Notes under the pieces: model-generated
What the model was told of the DNA's origin: nothing
Seen by the model: only the letters and a program-made list of their open reading frames with translations
Databases searched by the model: none
Part shown: piece by piece, positions 60,902-64,000 of the stretch
Layout: the number at the start of each line of letters is the position of its first letter
Position numbering within the stretch: the first letter of the stretch is position 1
NCBI GenBank assembly: GCA_044070495.1
Contig: JBIPSI010000016.1
Span: forward strand, 64,001 to 128,000
Source of the DNA: Spirulina sp.
GTDB taxonomy: Bacteria; Cyanobacteriota; Cyanobacteriia; Phormidesmidales; Phormidesmidaceae
Length of the DNA stretch: 64,000 nt
Direction: 5' to 3'
Translations under genes and position numbers: made by a program

Positions 60902-61273
60902 TTAAGCGGCGGGAGGAATGCGGGCGATGCGGCAGGGTTGCAGATCTGGCGGCAATTTGAAGGCTGGCACCATGCCATCTTGGCTGTCGAGGTAAAGCTC
61001 GGCGGCGATAAGCAGATCGGCGGCACAGGTGGCAGGGTCGAGGTCGGCAAAGAGGAAGCTGGGTTTGCCCATGCCCACGTAGGCGACGGCACAGGGCTTG
61101 TCACACACGCACAGGCATCCGGTGGTCTCAATCACCAGATCGTCTTGGCGGGGCCACTGGTCGTACAGGGTTTGCAGGTGCTTCAGCAGGTGTCCCCCAC
61201 CCGTTTCGCCGTCGCGCTTTTCTTCATCCACCGAAAAGCCGCAGCTTTTGCAGACAATCAACTGGTCGGGCAT
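60902..61273 (-). CDS. DUF1636 family metal-binding protein
   Basis: VCKSC, CLCVCDKPCAVA, ARIPP. Confidence 0.85.
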   Translation of the reverse strand: MPDQLIVCKSCGFSVDEEKRDGETGGGHLLKHLQTLYDQWPRQDDLVIETTGCLCVCDKPCAVAYVGMGKPSFLFADLDPATCAADLLIAAELYLDSQDGMVPAFKLPPDLQPCRIARIPPAA

Positions 61274-61275
61274 GG

Positions 61276-62286
61276 CTAGGATGGCTCCACCAAGTAGGTA
61301 AACAGGTCATCGAGCACAGCATTGGCGGCGATGGGGCCACTGCCAATCCAATAGCTGGGGACGGTGTACACCCGACCGGCCTGCACCGCCTTGAGCCTCT
61401 GCCACAGGGGATCTTGCAGGAGCGTTTGCAGGTTTTGCTGAGCTGTCGCCATCGCTTCGGGGGTGTTTTCCCCAGTCCACACAAAAATCACATCCCCATC
61501 GGCTTGATCCAACCGTTCACGGCTAATGCTGGTTTGAATGGCGTTACCAAACCGGGTATCGGCCTCGCCAGCCCCCACATCCTGGGCCGGAGGGCGCGCC
61601 AAACCCGCATCCTGTAACACCGTGCCGCAGAAGGAATCTTTGAGATAGAGGTTGATGGTGTCTGGATAAATGCGCACCACCGATATTTGCAAAGTATCGA
61701 GGCGATCTCCCATCTGCCCTTTGAAGTCATCCAGACGAGCGTTATAGTCGGCCATCACCTGCTGGGCAGCGGCGGCGCGTCCGAGGGCTGCCGAAATCTG
61801 CTGAAACACGGTTTTCCATTGGCCGCTGTGGTCAAAGCGAAACAGGAGGGTGGGCGCAATCTGCGTGGCCTGGGCATAGGCCGCCTGATTGGAATCAAGC
61901 CCCACAATTAAGTCGGGCTTGAGGGCTAGAACTTTCTCCAGGCTGGGTTCTCCGGCCACGCCGATGTTTTCCACCTGGGCCATCTGCTCCGTAAGGTGAT
62001 CCATCAGGCCACCCACAGCCGTGGCAATGGGGGAGAGACCCGTTGCCATCGCGGCTTCAAACGTCACTCCGTCAAGCGTCACCAAGCGGTCAAAGCTCAG
62101 CGGCACACAGGTCGTCCCCGCCGCATGGTCAACCTCGGTGCAAGCCGAGGATTGTTCGGGGCTAGGATTGCCACCCTGACAGCCCACCACCAACCCCAGG
62201 GCCATCAACCCCAGGATGAGGGGTATCCCCCACTGTTTTAGCCTTCGCAAATGCAACGTGTTCACCTCCCTAAAATTCAAACCCAA
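61276..62286 (-). CDS. Iron-siderophore ABC transporter substrate-binding lipoprotein
   Basis: Lipobox LVVGC, EPSLEKVLALKPDLI, IAPT, PLWQRLKAVQAGRVY. Confidence 0.9.
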   Translation of the reverse strand: MGLNFREVNTLHLRRLKQWGIPLILGLMALGLVVGCQGGNPSPEQSSACTEVDHAAGTTCVPLSFDRLVTLDGVTFEAAMATGLSPIATAVGGLMDHLTEQMAQVENIGVAGEPSLEKVLALKPDLIVGLDSNQAAYAQATQIAPTLLFRFDHSGQWKTVFQQISAALGRAAAAQQVMADYNARLDDFKGQMGDRLDTLQISVVRIYPDTINLYLKDSFCGTVLQDAGLARPPAQDVGAGEADTRFGNAIQTSISRERLDQADGDVIFVWTGENTPEAMATAQQNLQTLLQDPLWQRLKAVQAGRVYTVPSYWIGSGPIAANAVLDDLFTYLVEPS

Positions 62287-64000
62287 TCCTGGCCGATACC
62301 GTCAACGGGGCCCCTGGGGTAACGCCCAAAAATTGATCTGATGAAGTAAAGTACCGCGTGTCAAATAGGTTTTCTAGGTTGATCTGGGCGCGCCAGTTAT
62401 TACGACGATAAAATAAGGCGGCATCGGTTCTAAAGTAGCTGGGTACGGTAAAACTGTTGTCAGAATTTCCGGCCCGCTGGCTCACATAATACAGACCTAA
62501 CCCAGCACCCAATCCCTCCAGACTACCTTCCTGAATTTGGTAAGTATTCCACAGGCTCAACTGATGATCGGGCACATTGGCAAGGCGATTTCCCACCGGA
62601 ATCGAATTATCTTGGCTAACAAAGGCATCCAGGGCGGTATAGTTAGCGGTAATATTCCATCCCGGCAAAATTTCGCCTCCTAGACCCAGTTCAATGCCTC
62701 GACTGGTCACTTCTCCAGTTTGCACGGTAAACAGTGGATCATCCGGGTCGGGGGTTTGTACATTCTGGCGACGAATATCAAACAAAGCCAGGGTAAAACT
62801 TAAACTGTCGGTAATATCGGCCTTGGCACCAATCTCGAACTGTCGGCCTCGTTCGGGATCAAAGGTTGAGTCATCGACATTGCGGCTAGCCGCAAAGGAG
62901 GGCTGAAAGGAGGTGCTGTAGGACGCATAGAGCGACAGCGGTTCAATTGGCTCGTAAACAATGCCCAATCGAGGGGAAAAGGCACTGTCAGTCTGACGAA
63001 ACTCATTGCGGGGTTCACCAATATCTTGGGTCGTACGAAACTGGTCAGCGGTGTCGTAGCGTATCCCAGCCAGGGCTTTTAGGTTAGGCAGAATATCCAT
63101 TTGATCTTGAAGATAAATGCCGAAGGTTCTAACCGTGTCGTCCCTAAAAAATACAGGTTCTATGGCAAAGGGAAGCCCTGTATAAACCGGATTAAATACA
63201 TTAATGGGGGCATAGGAATCGAATTGAAATTCGGGCTGCTCCAGAACATTGCGATATTCAACCCCGAAAAGAACCTGGTGGGAAACGGCTCCCGTATTAA
63301 ACTGACCAACCGCTTCCACATTGGTTGAGAAACGCTGATAGTCCCCCCCTGCGAAGTAGGCTAAACGTCCTAATTCGCCCGTAGCCTCATCAAAGGAGTC
63401 GAATAGGGGGGCATAGCGCCGAGGTGAATATTGCTGATACTGTAGAGCATGACGCAGAGTGAGGTTGTCGTCAATCGTGTGATTAAGGCGATAGCCCAGA
63501 TTAAATTGATCCTGGGAAAATTCACTAAATTCTTCGCCCAAAAATCGCGTGCGGGGCAAATCGAGAATGCCATTTTCGCCCACCACTAACCCTTCATCAA
63601 TCGTTTCGCGATCACTTGTATACTGGCCATACACATCCAAAGAGGTATTAGGGCCAATATCCCAGGTGAGAATGGGAGAAATCAGCAGCCGATTACCATC
63701 CACAAAATCACGAAAGCTATTGATAGTTTCGTAGGATACATTCAATCGGTAGCGCAGGCTGCGATCCTGAGTTAACGGCCCTGATATATCAACGGCTCCC
63801 TCAAAGCCCCCAAAGCTATCGACATTGGCTGAGACATCATAAAACGGCTCACTCAGTGGGCGCTTGGGCACCAGGCTGATAATGCCCCCCGGTTCTCCTC
63901 GGCCAAACAGCACCGAGGCTGGCCCCCGCAGTACTTCCACCCGTTCCACATCGTTGGTGCTGAGGGCGCTCAAGGAAAAAGCCTCGACCCCATCACGGAA
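62270..64000 (-). CDS. TonB-dependent siderophore receptor (5' part outside the window)
   Basis: VERVEVLRGPASVLFG, FSPRLG, PERGRQFEIG, NLENLFDTRY, C-terminal Phe. Confidence 0.93.
   Translation of the reverse strand, partial: FRDGVEAFSLSALSTNDVERVEVLRGPASVLFGRGEPGGIISLVPKRPLSEPFYDVSANVDSFGGFEGAVDISGPLTQDRSLRYRLNVSYETINSFRDFVDGNRLLISPILTWDIGPNTSLDVYGQYTSDRETIDEGLVVGENGILDLPRTRFLGEEFSEFSQDQFNLGYRLNHTIDDNLTLRHALQYQQYSPRRYAPLFDSFDEATGELGRLAYFAGGDYQRFSTNVEAVGQFNTGAVSHQVLFGVEYRNVLEQPEFQFDSYAPINVFNPVYTGLPFAIEPVFFRDDTVRTFGIYLQDQMDILPNLKALAGIRYDTADQFRTTQDIGEPRNEFRQTDSAFSPRLGIVYEPIEPLSLYASYSTSFQPSFAASRNVDDSTFDPERGRQFEIGAKADITDSLSFTLALFDIRRQNVQTPDPDDPLFTVQTGEVTSRGIELGLGGEILPGWNITANYTALDAFVSQDNSIPVGNRLANVPDHQLSLWNTYQIQEGSLEGLGAGLGLYYVSQRAGNSDNSFTVPSYFRTDAALFYRRNNWRAQINLENLFDTRYFTSSDQFLGVTPGAPLTVSARIGFEF

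Overview
Filamentous cyanobacterial chromosome, probably Leptolyngbya/Nodosilinea-like, judged from hli, smtA/smtB, cnfR/patB, argZ, hpt and typical cyanobacterial DUFs. 1-6 kb: a truncated helical-repeat protein, argZ, hpt and a geranylgeranyl-reductase-family gene. 6-16.4 kb: a compact type III-B-like CRISPR locus with two arrays of a 36-nt repeat, an HD-less GGDD-intact Cas10, Cmr3, Cmr4, Cmr5 and a Cmr6-Cmr1 fusion. It has no cas1, cas2 or cas6, and carries a TM+REC-like candidate membrane effector between the arrays. 16.4-25.6 kb: small DUF genes, a TA pair, a RAYT transposase whose middle is replaced by a heptamer-flanked four-helix-bundle gene, a NACHT-GUN4 protein, smtA/smtB, cnfR and tRNA-Thr(CGT). 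~26-49 kb: an HIP1-rich island in an otherwise HIP1-poor window, encoding sigma factor / DUF1822 / CHAT-CHASE2 / DUF928 / FHA ... TPR-CHAT / ShlB. Between these core genes lie cargo genes: PAS-MinD-SulP, a patatin, a secreted Cys-repeat protein and two Evf-like proteins. The strongest new observation is a fixed-spacing motif, TGCATACT-N13-CCGTAT, found four times upstream of three cargo units, suggesting a self-contained protease/anti-sigma/sigma regulon. 49-64 kb: selO, hli and an iron cluster (feoABC, ferritin-like gene, nonsense-interrupted ABC transporter, siderophore-binding protein, TonB receptor). All family calls are by motif recognition from memory, and motif counts were made by eye.
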